Of a stretch of DNA of 64,000 nucleotides, positions 14,001 to 26,000 are shown in pieces. Source of the stretch: Eledone cirrhosa. Its lineage: Eukaryota. Each line of letters begins with the position of its first letter. Position 1 is the first letter of the stretch. The stretch lies in NCBI GenBank assembly GCA_964016885.1, contig OZ024744.1, positions 51,708,001-51,772,000 of the forward strand. Reading direction: 5' to 3'. The position numbers were made by a program, and so were the translations under genes. The notes beneath the pieces were generated by a model. The model did not search any database. It saw only the letters and a program-made list of their open reading frames with translations, and was not told the DNA's origin.

Positions 14001-17000
14001 GTGAGAGGAAGACGTCGTTGGTGGAGTTATGGTACGGCTGTGAGACAGGAATGAGAGCAAGATGTCGTTGGTGGAGTTATAGTACGGTTGTGAGACAGGA
14101 ATGAAGGAAAGACGCGTTGGTGGAGATATGGTACGGCTGTGAGAGCAATGAGAGAAAGATGTCGTTGGTTGTGTTATGGTACGGCTGTGAGTAGGAATGA
14201 GAGGAAGATGTCGTTTGTGGAGTTATGGTACGGCTGTGAGACATGAATGAGAGAAAGACCTCGTTGGTGGAGTTATGGTACGGCTGTGAGAGAGGAATGA
14301 GAGAAAGACGTCGTTGCTGGAATTATGGTACGGCTGTGAGATAGGAATGAGAGGAAGACGTCGTTGCTGGAGTTATGGTACGGCTGTGAGACAGGAATGA
14401 GAGGAAGACGTCGTTGTTGGAGTTATGGTACGGTTGTCAGACAGCAGTGAGAGAAAGATGTCATTGGTGGAGTTATGGTACGGCGGTGAGACAGGAATGA
14501 GAGAAAGACGTCTTTGTTGAAGTTATGGTACGGCTGTGAGAGAGAAATGAGAGGAAGACGTCGTTGGTGGAGCTATGGTACGGCTGTGAGACAGGAATGA
14601 TAGGAAGTTGTCATTGGTATAGTTATGGTACCGTCGTTGCTGCAGTTATTTTAAGGCTGTGACACAGGAATGAGAGAAAGACGTCGTTGGCGGAGTTATG
14701 GTATGGCTGTGAAACCGGAATGAGAGGAAGACGTCGTTGGTGGAGTTATGGTATGGTTGTGAGACAGGAATGAGAGAAAGATGTCGTTGGTGGAGTTATG
14801 GTATGGTCGTGAGATAGGACTGAGAGAAAGATGTCGTTGGTGTAGTTACGGTACGGCTGTGAGACAGGAATGAGAGAAAGATGTTGTTGGTGGAATTATG
14901 GTATGGTTTTGAGACAAGAATGAGAAAAACATGTCGTTGGTGGAGTTATGGTAATGCTGGGAGACAGGAATGAGAGGAAGACGTCGTTGGTGGAGTTAAT
15001 GGTATGGCTGTGAGACAGGAGTTAGAGAAAGACGTCGTTGGCGGAGTTATGGTATGGCTGTGAGACCGGAATGAGAGGAAGACGTCGTTGGTGGAGTTAT
15101 AGTACGGTTGTGTGAGAGGAATGAAGGAAAGACGCGCTGGTGGAGTTATGGAACGGTTGTGAGACAAGAATGAGAGAAAACGTCGTTGGTGTAGTTATGG
15201 TACGGCTGTGAGACAGGAATGAGAGAAAGACGTCGTTGGTGGAGTTATGGTACGGCTGTGAGTAGGAATGAGAGGAAGATGTCGTTGGTGGTGTTATGGT
15301 ACGGCTGTGAGACAGGAATGAGAGAAAGACCTCGTTGGTGGAGTTATGGTACGGCTGTGAGAGAGGAATGAGAGGAAGACGTCGTTGTTGGTGTTAGGGT
15401 ATGGTTGTGAGACAGAAATGAGAGAAAGACGACGTTGGTGTAGTTATGGTACGGTTGTGAGACAGGAATGAGAGCAAGACGTCGCTGGTGGAGTTATGGT
15501 ATGGTTGTGAGATAGGAATGAGGGAAAGACGTCGTTGGTGGAATTATGGTATGGTTGTGAGATAGGAATGAGAGAAAGACGTCGTTGGTGGAGTTATGGT
15601 ACGGCTGTGAGACAGGAATGAGAGGAAGACGTCGTTGGTGGAGTTATGGTATGGTTGTGAGACATGAATGAGAGGAAGATGTCGTTGGTCGAGTTATGGT
15701 ACGGCTGTGAGACAGGAATGAGAGGAAGATGTGGTTGGTGGAGTTATGGTACGGTTTTGAGACAGGAATGAGAGAAAGATCTCGTTGGTGGAGTTATGGT
15801 ACGGTAGTGAGACAGGAATGAGAGAATGATGTCGCTGGTGGAGTTATGGTATGGTCGTGAGATAGGACTGAGAGAAAGATGTCGTTGGTGGAGTTACGGT
15901 ACGGCTATGAGACAGGAATGAGAGAAAGATGTCGTTGGTGGAGTTATGCTAATGCTGTGAGACAGGAATGAGAGGTAGACGTCCTTGGTGGAATTATGGT
16001 ACGGCTGTGAGACAGGAATGAGAGAAAGACGTCGTTGGTGGAGTTATGGTACGGTTGTGAGACAAGAATGAGAGAAAATGTCGTTGGTGGAGTTATGGTA
16101 CGGCTGTGAGACAGGAATGAGAGAAAGACGTCGTTGGTGGAGTTATGGTACGGCTGTGAAAGAAATGAGAGGAAGACGTCGTTGGAGGAATTATGGTACT
16201 GTTGTGAGACAGGAATGAGAGGAAGACGTCGTTGGTGGAGTAGTTATGGTATGGTTGTGAGACAGGAATGAGAGAAAGACGTCATTTGTGGAGTTATGGT
16301 ACGGTTGTGAGACACGAATGAGAGGAAGATGTCGTTGGTGGAGTTATGGTACGGCTGTGAGACAAGAATGAGAGAAAGATCTCGTTGGCGGAGTTATGGT
16401 ACGGTAGTGAGACAGGAATGAGAGGAAGATGTCGTTGGTGGAGTTATGGTACGGTTGTGAGATAGGAATGAGAGGAAGATATCGTTGGTGGAGTTATGGT
16501 ACGGTTGTGAGACAGGAATGAGAGAAAGACCTCGTTGCTGGGGTTATGGTACGGCTGTGAGACAGGAATGAGATAAAGATGTCGTTGGTGGAGTTATGGT
16601 ATATTAGTGAGATAGGACTGAGGGAAAGATGTCGTTGGTGGTGTTACGGTACGGCTGTGAGACAGGAATAAGAGAAAGATGTCGTTGATGGAGTTATGGT
16701 ATGGTTTTGAGACAGGAATGAGAGAAAGATGTCGTTGTTGGAGTTATCGTACGGCTGTGATACAAGAATGAGAAAAAGATGTCGTTGGTGGAGTTATGGT
16801 AATGCTGTGAGACAGGAATGAGAGGAAGACGTCGTTGGTGGAGTTATGCTACGGCTGTGAGACAGGAATGAGAGGAAGACTTCGTTGGTGGAGTCATGGT
16901 ATGGCTGTGAGAGTGGAATGAGAGGAAGATGTCGTTGGTGGAGTTATGGTACGGTTGTGAGACAGGAATGAGAGAAAGATGTCGTTGGTGGAGTTATGGT

Positions 17001-20000
17001 AATGCTCTGAGACAGGAATGAGAGGAAGACGTCGTTGGTGGAGTTATGGTACGACTGTGAGACAGGAATGAGAGGAAGAGGTCGTTGATGGAGTTATGGT
17101 ACGGTTGTGAGACAGGAATGAAAGGAAGAGGTAGTTGGTGGAGTAATGGTACGGTTGTGAGAGAAATGAGAGAAAGATGTCGTTGGTGGAGTTATGGTAC
17201 GGCTGTGAGACAGGAATGAGAGAAAGATGTCGTTGGTGGAGTTATGGTACGGCTGTGAGTAGGAATGACAGGAAGATGTCGTTGGTGGAGTTATGGTACG
17301 GCTGTGAGAGAGGAATGAGAGAAAGACCTCGTTGGTGGAGTTATGGTACGGTTGTGAGACAGGATGAGAGGAAGACGTCGTTGGTGGAGTTATGGTACGG
17401 CTGTGAGAGAAATGAGATAAAGACGTCGTTGCTGGAGTTATGGTACGGCTGTGAGACAGGAATGAGAGGAAGACGTCGTTGGTGGAGTTATGGTACGGCT
17501 GTGAGACAGGAATGAGAGGAAGACGTCGTTGCTGGAGTTATGGTACGGCTGTGAGAGAGGAATGAGAGGAAGAGGTCGTTGGTGGATTTATGGTACGGCT
17601 GTGAGAGAGGAATGAGAGGAAGAGGTCGTTGGTGGATTTATGGTACCGTTGTCAGACAGGAATGAGAGAAAGATGTCGTTGATGGAGTTATGGTACGACT
17701 GTGAGACAGGAATGAGAGGAAGATGTCGTTGGTGGAGTTATGGTACGGCTGTGAGAGAGGAATGAGTGAAAGACCTCGTTGGTGGAGTTATGGTACGGTT
17801 GTGAGACAGGATGAGAGGAAGACGTCGTTGGTGGAGTTATGGTATGGCTGTGAGACAGGAATGAGATGAAGACGTCGTTGGTGGAGTTATGGTACGGCTG
17901 TGAGAGAAATGAGATAAAGACGTCGTTGCTGGAGTTATGGTACGGCTGTGAGACAGGAATGAGAGAAAGATGTCGTTGGTGGATTTATGGTACGGTTGTG
18001 AGACAGGAATGAGAGAAAGATGTCGTTGGTGGAGTTATGGTACGGCTGTGAGACAGGAGTTAGAGAAAGATGTTGGTGGAGTTATGGTACGGCAGTGAGA
18101 GAGTAATGAGAAGAAGACGTCGTTGGTGGAGTTATGGTACGGCTGTGAGACAGGAATGAGAGGAAGACGTCGTTGGTGGAGTTATGGTACGGCTGTGAGA
18201 CAGGAATGAGGGAAAGGCGCGTTGATGGAGTTATGGTACGGTTGTGAGATAAATGAGTGAAAGATGTCGTTGGTGGAGTTATGGTACGGCTGTGAGTAGG
18301 AATGAGAGGAAGATGTCGTTGGTGGAGTTATGGTACGGTTGTGAGATAGGAATGAGAGAAAGACGTCGTTGGTGGAGTTATGGTACGGCTGTGAGACAAG
18401 AATGAGAGGAAGATGTCATTGGTGGAGTTATAGTACGGTTGTGAGACAGGAATGAGGGAAAGGCGCGTTGGTGGAGTTATGGTACGGTTGTGAGATAAAT
18501 GAGTGAAAGATGTCGTTGGTGGAGTTATGGTACGGCTGTGAGTAGGAATGAGAGTAAGATGTCGTTGGTGGAGTTATGGTACGGTTGTGAGACAGGAATG
18601 AGAGGAAGACGTCGTTGGTGGAGTTATGGTAGGGTTGTGAGACAGGAATGAGGGGAAGATATCATTGGTGGAGTTATGGTACGGCTGTGAGAGAAATGAT
18701 AGAAAGACGTTGTTGGTGGAGTTATGGTACGGCTGTGAGATACGAATGAGAGGAAGATGTCGTTGGTGGAGTTATGGTACGGTTGTGAGATACGAATGAG
18801 AGGTAGACGTCGTTGGTGGAGCTATAGTACGGCTGTGAGACAGGAATGAGAGAAAGATTTTGTTGGTGGAGTTATGGTACGACTTCGAGACAGGAAGGAG
18901 AGGAAGATGTCATTGGTAGAGTTATGGGACCGTCGATGCTGGAGTTATTTTAAGGCTGTGAGACAGGAATGAGAGAAAGATATCTTTGGTGGAGTTATGG
19001 TACGGCTGTGAGACAGGAGTTAGAGAAAGATGTTGGTGGAGTTATGGTACGGCTGTGTTACAAGAATGAGAAAAAGTTGTCGTTGGTGGAGTTATGGTAT
19101 GGCTGTGAGACAGGAATGAGAGGAAGACGTCGTTGGTTGAATTATGGTACGGCTGTGAGAGAGGAATGAGAGGAAGACGTCGTTGGTGGAGCTATGGTAC
19201 GGCTGTGAGACAGGAATGAGAGGAAGATGTCATTGGTAGAGTTATGGTACCGTCGTTGCTGGAGTTATGGTACGGCTGTGAGACAGGAATGAGAGGAAGA
19301 TGTCATTGGTAGAGTTATGGTACCGTCGTTGCTGGAGTTATGGTACGGCTGTGAGACAGGAATGAGAGAAAGATGTCGTTGGTGGAATTATGGTACTGTT
19401 GTGAGACAGGAATGAGAGGAAGATGTCGTTCGTGGAGTTATGGTATGGTTTTGAGACAGGAATGAGAGAAGGATGTCGTTGGTGGAGTTATGGTACGGCT
19501 GTGAGACAAGAATGAGAAAAAGATGTCGTTGGTGGAGTTATGGTAATGCTGTGAGACAGGAATGAGAGGAAGACGTCGTTTGTGGAGTTATGGTACGACT
19601 GTGAGACAGGAATGAGAGAAAGACGTCGTTGGTGGAGTTATAGTACGGTTGTGAGACAGGAATGAGGGAAAGACCCGTTGGTGGATTTATGGTACGGTTG
19701 TGAGACAAGAATGAGAGAAAATGTCGTTGGTGGAGTGATGGTACGACTGTGAAACAGGAATGAGAGAAAGACGTCGTTGGTGCAGTTATGGTACGGCTGT
19801 GAAAAAAATGAGAGAAAGATGTCGTTGGTGGAGTTATGGGACAGTCGATGCTGGAGTTATTTTAAGGATGTGAGACAGGAATGAGAGAAAGATGTCTTTG
19901 GTGGAGTTATGGTACGGCTGTGAGACAGGAGTTAGAGAAAGATGTTGGTGGAGTTATGGTACGGCTGTGATACAAGAATGAGAAAAAGATGTCGTTGGCG

Positions 20001-23000
20001 AAGTTATGGTAATGCTGTGAGACAGGAACGAGAGGAAGATGTCGTTGGTGGAGTTATGGTATGGCTGTGAGACAGGAATGAGAGGAAGACGTCGTTGGTT
20101 GAATTATGGTACGGCTGTGAGAGAGGAATGAGAGGAAGATGTCATTGGTAGAGTTATGTTACCGTCGTTGCTGGAGTTATTTTAAGGCTGTGACACAGGA
20201 ATGAGAGAAAGATGTCGTTGGTGGAGTTATGGTACGGCTGTGATACAACAATGAGAAAAAGATGTCGTTGGTGGAGTTATGGTAATGCTGTGAGACAGGA
20301 ATGAGAGGAAGACGTCGTTGGTGGAGTTATGGTATGGCTGTGAGACAGGAATGAGAGGAAATGTCGTTGGTGGAGTAATGGTATGGTCGTGAGATTTGAC
20401 TGAGAGAAAGATGTCGTTGGTGGAGTTATAGTACGGCTGTGAGACAAGAATGAGAGGAAGATGTCGTTGGTGGAGTTATGGTACGGTTGTGAGACAGGAA
20501 TGAGAGAAAGATGTCGTTGGTGGAGTTACGGTACGGCTGTGAGACAGGAATGAGAGAAAGATGTCGTTGGTGGAATTATGGTACGGTTGTGAGACAGGAA
20601 TGAGAGGAAGATGTCGTTCGTGGAGTTATGGTATGGTTTTGAGACAGGAATGAGAGAAAGATGTCGTTGGTGGAGTTATGGTACGGCTGTGAGACAAGAA
20701 TGAGAAAAAGATGTCGTTGGTGGAGTTATGGTACGGCTGTGAGAGAGGAATGAGAGGAAGACGTCGTTTGTGGAGTTATGGTATGGCTGTGAGACAGGAA
20801 TGAGAGAAAGACGTCGTTGGTGGAGTTATAGTACTGTTGTGAGACAGGAATGAGGGAAAGACCCGTTGGTGGAGTTATGGTACGGTTGTGAGACAAGAAT
20901 GAGGGAAAATGTCGTTGGTGGAGTTATGGTACGACTGTGAAACAGGAATGAGAGAAAGACGTCATTGGTGGAGTTATGGTACGGCTGTGAAAGAAATGAG
21001 AGAAAGATGTCGTTGGTGGAGTTATGGTATGGCTGTGAGTAGGAATGAGAGGAAGATGTCGTTGGTGGTGTTATGGTACGGCTGTGAGACAGGAATGAGA
21101 GAAAGACCTCGTTGATGGAGTTATGGTACGGCTGTGAGAGAGGAATGAGAGGAAGACGTCGTTGGTGGAGTTATGGTATGGTTGTGAGACAGGAATGAGA
21201 GAAAGACGTCGTTGGTGGAGTTATGGTACGACTTCGAGACAGGAATGACAGGAAGATGTCATTGGTAGAGTTATGGGACCGTCGATGCTGGAGTTATTTT
21301 AAGGCTGTGAGACAGGAATGAGAGAAAGATGTCTTTGGTGGAGTTATGGTACGGCTGTGAGGCAGGAATGAGAGAAAGATGTCTTTGGTGGAGTTATGGT
21401 ACGGCTGTGAGACAGGAGTTAGAGAAAGATGTTGGTGGAGTTATGGTACGGCTGTGATACAAGAATGAGAAAAAGATGTCGTTGGCGAAGTTATGGTAAT
21501 GCTGTGAGACAGGAACGAGACGAAGACGTCGTTGGTGGAGTTATGGTATGGCTGTGAGACAGGAATGAGAGGAAGACGTCGTTGGTTGAATTATGGTTCG
21601 GCTGTGAGAGAGGAATGAGAGGAAGACGTCGTTGGTGGAGCTAAGGTACGGCTGTGAGACAGGAATGAGAGGAAGATGTCATTGGTAGAGTTATGTTACG
21701 GCTGTGATACAAGAATGAGAAAAAGATGTCGTTGGTGGAGTTATGGTAATGCTGTGAGACAGGAATGAGAGGAAGACGTCGTTGGTGAAGTTATGGTATG
21801 GTTGTGAGACAGGAATGAGAGAAAGATGTCGTTGGTGGAGTTATGGTATGGTCGTGAGATAGGACTGAGAGAAAGATGTCGTTGGTGGAGTTACGTTACG
21901 GCTGTGAGACAGGAATGAGAGAAAGATGTCGTTGGTGGAATTATGGTACGGTTGTGAGACAGGAATGAGAGGAAGATGTCGTTCGTGGAGTTATGGTATG
22001 GTTTTGAGACAGGAATGAGAGAAAGATGTCGTTGGTGGAGTTATGGTACGGCTGTGAGACAAGAATGAGAAAAAGATGTCGTTGGTGGAGTTATGGTACT
22101 GCTGTGAGACAGGATTGAGAGGAAGACGTCGTTTGTGGAGTTATGGTATGGCTGTGAGACAGGAATGAGAGAAAGACGTCGTTGGTGGAGTTATAGTACG
22201 GTTGTGAGAACGGAATGAGGGAAAGACGCGTTGGTGGAGCTATGGTACGGTTGTGAGACAGGATGAGAGGAAGACGTCGTTGGTGGAGTTATGGTACGGC
22301 TGTGAGACAGGAATGAGATGAAGACGTCGTTGGTGGAGTTATGGTACGGCTGTGAGAGAAATGAGATAAAGACCTCGTTGCTGGAGTTATGGTACGGCTG
22401 TGAGACAGAAATGAGAGGAAGACGTCGTTGCTGGAGTTATGGTACGGCTGTGGGACAGGAATGAGAGAAAGATGTCGTTGGTGTATTTATGGTACCGTTG
22501 TGAGACAGGAATGAGAGAAAGATGTCGTTGGTGGAGTTATGGTACGGCTGTGAGACAGGAGTTAGAGAAAGATGTTGGTGGAGTTATGGTACGGCTGTGA
22601 GAGAGGAATGAGTAGAAGACGTCGTTGGTGGAGTTATGGTACGGCTGTGAGACAGGAATGAGAGGAAGACGTCGTTGGTGGAGTTATGGTACGGCTGTGA
22701 GACAGGAATGAGAGGAAGACGTCGTTGCTGGAGTTATGGTACGGCTGTGAGACAGGAATGAGAGAAAGATGTCGTTGGTGGATTTATGGTACCGTTGTGA
22801 GACAGGAATGAGAGAAAGATGTCGTTGGTGGAGTTATGGTACGGCTGTGAGACAGGAGTTAGAGAAAGATGTTGGTGGAGTTATGGTACGGCTGTGAGAG
22901 AGGAATGAGAAGAAGACGTCGTTGGTGGAGTTATGGTACGGCTGTGAGACAGGAATGAGAGGAAGACGTCGTTGGTGGAGTTATGGTGCGGCTGTGAGAC

Positions 23001-26000
23001 AAGAATGAGAGGAAGATGTCATTGGTGGAGTTATAGTACGGTTGTGAGACAGGAATGAGGGAAAGGCGCGTTGGTGGAGTTATGGTACGATTGTGAGATA
23101 AATGAGTGAAAGATGTCGTTGGTGGAGTTATGGTACGGCTGTGAGTAGGAATGAGAGGAAGATGTCGTTGGTGGAGTTATGGTAGGGTTGTGAGACAGGA
23201 ATGAGGGGAAGATGTCGTTGGTGGAGTTATGGTACCGTTGTGAGACAGGAATGAGAGAAAGATGTCGTTGGTGGAGTTATGGTACGACTTTGAGACAGGA
23301 ATGAGAGGAAGACGTCGTTGGTGGATTTATGTCCGGCTGTGAGGCAGGAATGTGAGGAAGACGTCGTTGGTGGAGTTATGGTACGGCTGTGAGACAGGAA
23401 TGAGAGAAAGATGTCGTTGGAGGAGTTATGGTACGGCTGTGAGACAGGAGTGAGAGCAAGACGTCGTTGGTGGAGTTATGGTATGGTTGTGAGACAGGAA
23501 TGAGAGAAAGACGTCGTTGGTGGAGTTATGGAATGGTTGTGAGACAGGAATGAGAGAAAATGTCGTTGGTGGAGTTATGGTACGGTTGTGAGATAGGAAT
23601 GACAGGAAGATGTCGTTGGTGGAGTTATGGTACGGTTGTGAGACAGGAATGAGAGAAAGACGTCGTTGTTGGAGTTATGGTACAGCTGTGAGAGAAATGA
23701 GAGGAAGATGTCGTTGGTGGAGTTATGGTAATGCTGTGAGACAGGAATGAGAGGAAGACGTGGTTGGTGGAGTTATTGTACGGCTGTGAGAGAAATGAGA
23801 GAAAGATGTCGTTGGTTGAGTTATGGTACGGCTGTGAGACAGGAATGAGAGGAAGATGTCGTTGGTGGAGTTATGGTACGGCTGTGAGACAGGAATGAGA
23901 GGAAGAGGTCGTTGGTGGAGTTATGGTATGGTTGTGAGATAGGAATGAGAGAAAGATGTCGTTGGTGGTGTTATGTTACGGCTGTGAGAGAAATGAGAGA
24001 AAGATGTCGTTGGGGGAGTTATGGTACGGCTGTGAGATAGGAATGAGAGAAAGATGTCGTTGGTGGAGTTATGGTACGGCTGTGAGACAGGAATGAGAGG
24101 AAGAGGTCGTTGGTGGAGTTATGGTACGGCTGTGAAACAGGAATGAGAGAAAGATGTCTTGGTGGAGTTATGGTACGGCTGTGAGACAGGAATGAGAGAA
24201 AGATGTATTAGGTGGTGTTATGGTACGGCTGTGAGACAAGAATGAGAGGAAGATCTCGTTCGTGGAGTTATGGTACAGTTGTGAGAGAGGAATGAGAGAA
24301 AGACGTCGTTGGTGGAGTTCTGGTTAAGCTGTGAGACAAGAATGAGAGAAACACGTCGTTGGTGCAGTTATGGTACGGCTGTGAGAGAGGAATGAGAGAA
24401 AGAGACGTCGTTGGTGGAGTTATGGTACGGCTGTGAGAGAAATGAAAGAAGGATGCCGTTGGTGGAGTTATGGTACGGCTGTGAGACAGGAATGCGAGGA
24501 AGACGTCGTTGGTGGTGTTATGGTACAGCTGTGAGAGAAATGACAGTACGATGTAGTTGGTGGAGTTATGGTAATGCTGTGAGACAAGAATGAGAGAAAG
24601 ATGCCGTTGGTGGAGTTATGGTACGGCTGTGAGACAGGAATGAGAGGAAGATGTCGTTGATGGAGATATGGTATGGTTGTGAGACAGGAATGAGGGGAAG
24701 ACGTCGTTGGTGGTTTATGGTACGGCTGCAAGACAGGAATGAGAGAAAGATGTTGTTGATGGAGTCATGGTACGGCTATGAGAGAGGAATGAGAGGAAGA
24801 TGTCGTTGGTGGAGTTATGGTACGGTCGTGAGACAGGAATGAGAGAAAGATGTCGTTGGTGGAGTTATAGTACGGTTGTGAGACAGGAATGAGGGAAAGA
24901 CGCGTTGGTGGAGTTATGGTAGGGTTGTGAGACAAGAATGAGAGAAAGACGTCATTGGTGGTGTCATGGTACGGTTGTGAGACAAGAATGAGAGAAAGAC
25001 TTCGTTGGTGGTGTTATGGAACAGCTTAGACAGAAATGAGAGAAAGATGTCATTGGTGGAATTATGGTACGGCTGTGAGAAAGGAACGAGAGAAAGATGT
25101 CGTTGGTGGAGTTATGGTAATGCTGTGAGACAGGAATGTGAGGAAGATGTCGTTGGTGGAGTTATGTTACGGCTGTGAGACAGGAATGAGAGGAAGGTGT
25201 CGTTGGTGGAGTTATGGTACGGCTGTGAGACAAGAATGAGAGAAAGATGTCATTAGTGGAGTAATGGTACGGCTGCGAGACAAGAATGAATAAAAGATGT
25301 CATTGGTAAAGTTATGGTACGGCTGTGGTAGAGGAATGAGAGGAACACGTCGTTGGAAGAGTTATGGTACGGCTGTGAGATAGGAATGACAGAAAGATGT
25401 CGTTTGTGGAATTATGGTACGGCTGTGAGAAAGGAATGAGAGAAAGATGTCGTAGGTGGAGTTATGGCACGGCTGTGAGAGAAATGAGAGGAAGAGGTCG
25501 TTGGTGCAGTTATGGTACGGCTGTGATAAAAGAATGAGAAAAAGATGTCGTTGGTGGAGTTATGGTAATGCTGTGAGACAGGAATTAGAGGAAGACGTCG
25601 TTGGTGGAGTTATGGTACGGTTGTGAGATAGGAATGCGAGGAAGATGTCGTTGGTGGAGTTATGGTACAGTTGTGAGACAGGAATGAGAGAAAGACGTCG
25701 TTGGTGGAGTTATGGTACGGCTGTGAGACAAGAATGAGAGGAAGATCTCGTTGGTGGAGTTATGGTACGGTAGTGAGACAGGAATGAGAGGAAGATGTCG
25801 TTGGTGGAGTTATGGTACGGCTGTGAGAGAAATGAGAGAAAGACGTGGTTGGTGGAGTTATGGACGACTTCGAGACAGGAATGAGAGGAAGATGTCATTG
25901 GTAGAGTTATGGGACCGTCGATGCTGGAGTTATTTTAAGGCTGTGAGACAGGAATGAGAGAAAGATGTCTTTGGTGAAGTTATGGTACGGCTGTGAGACA

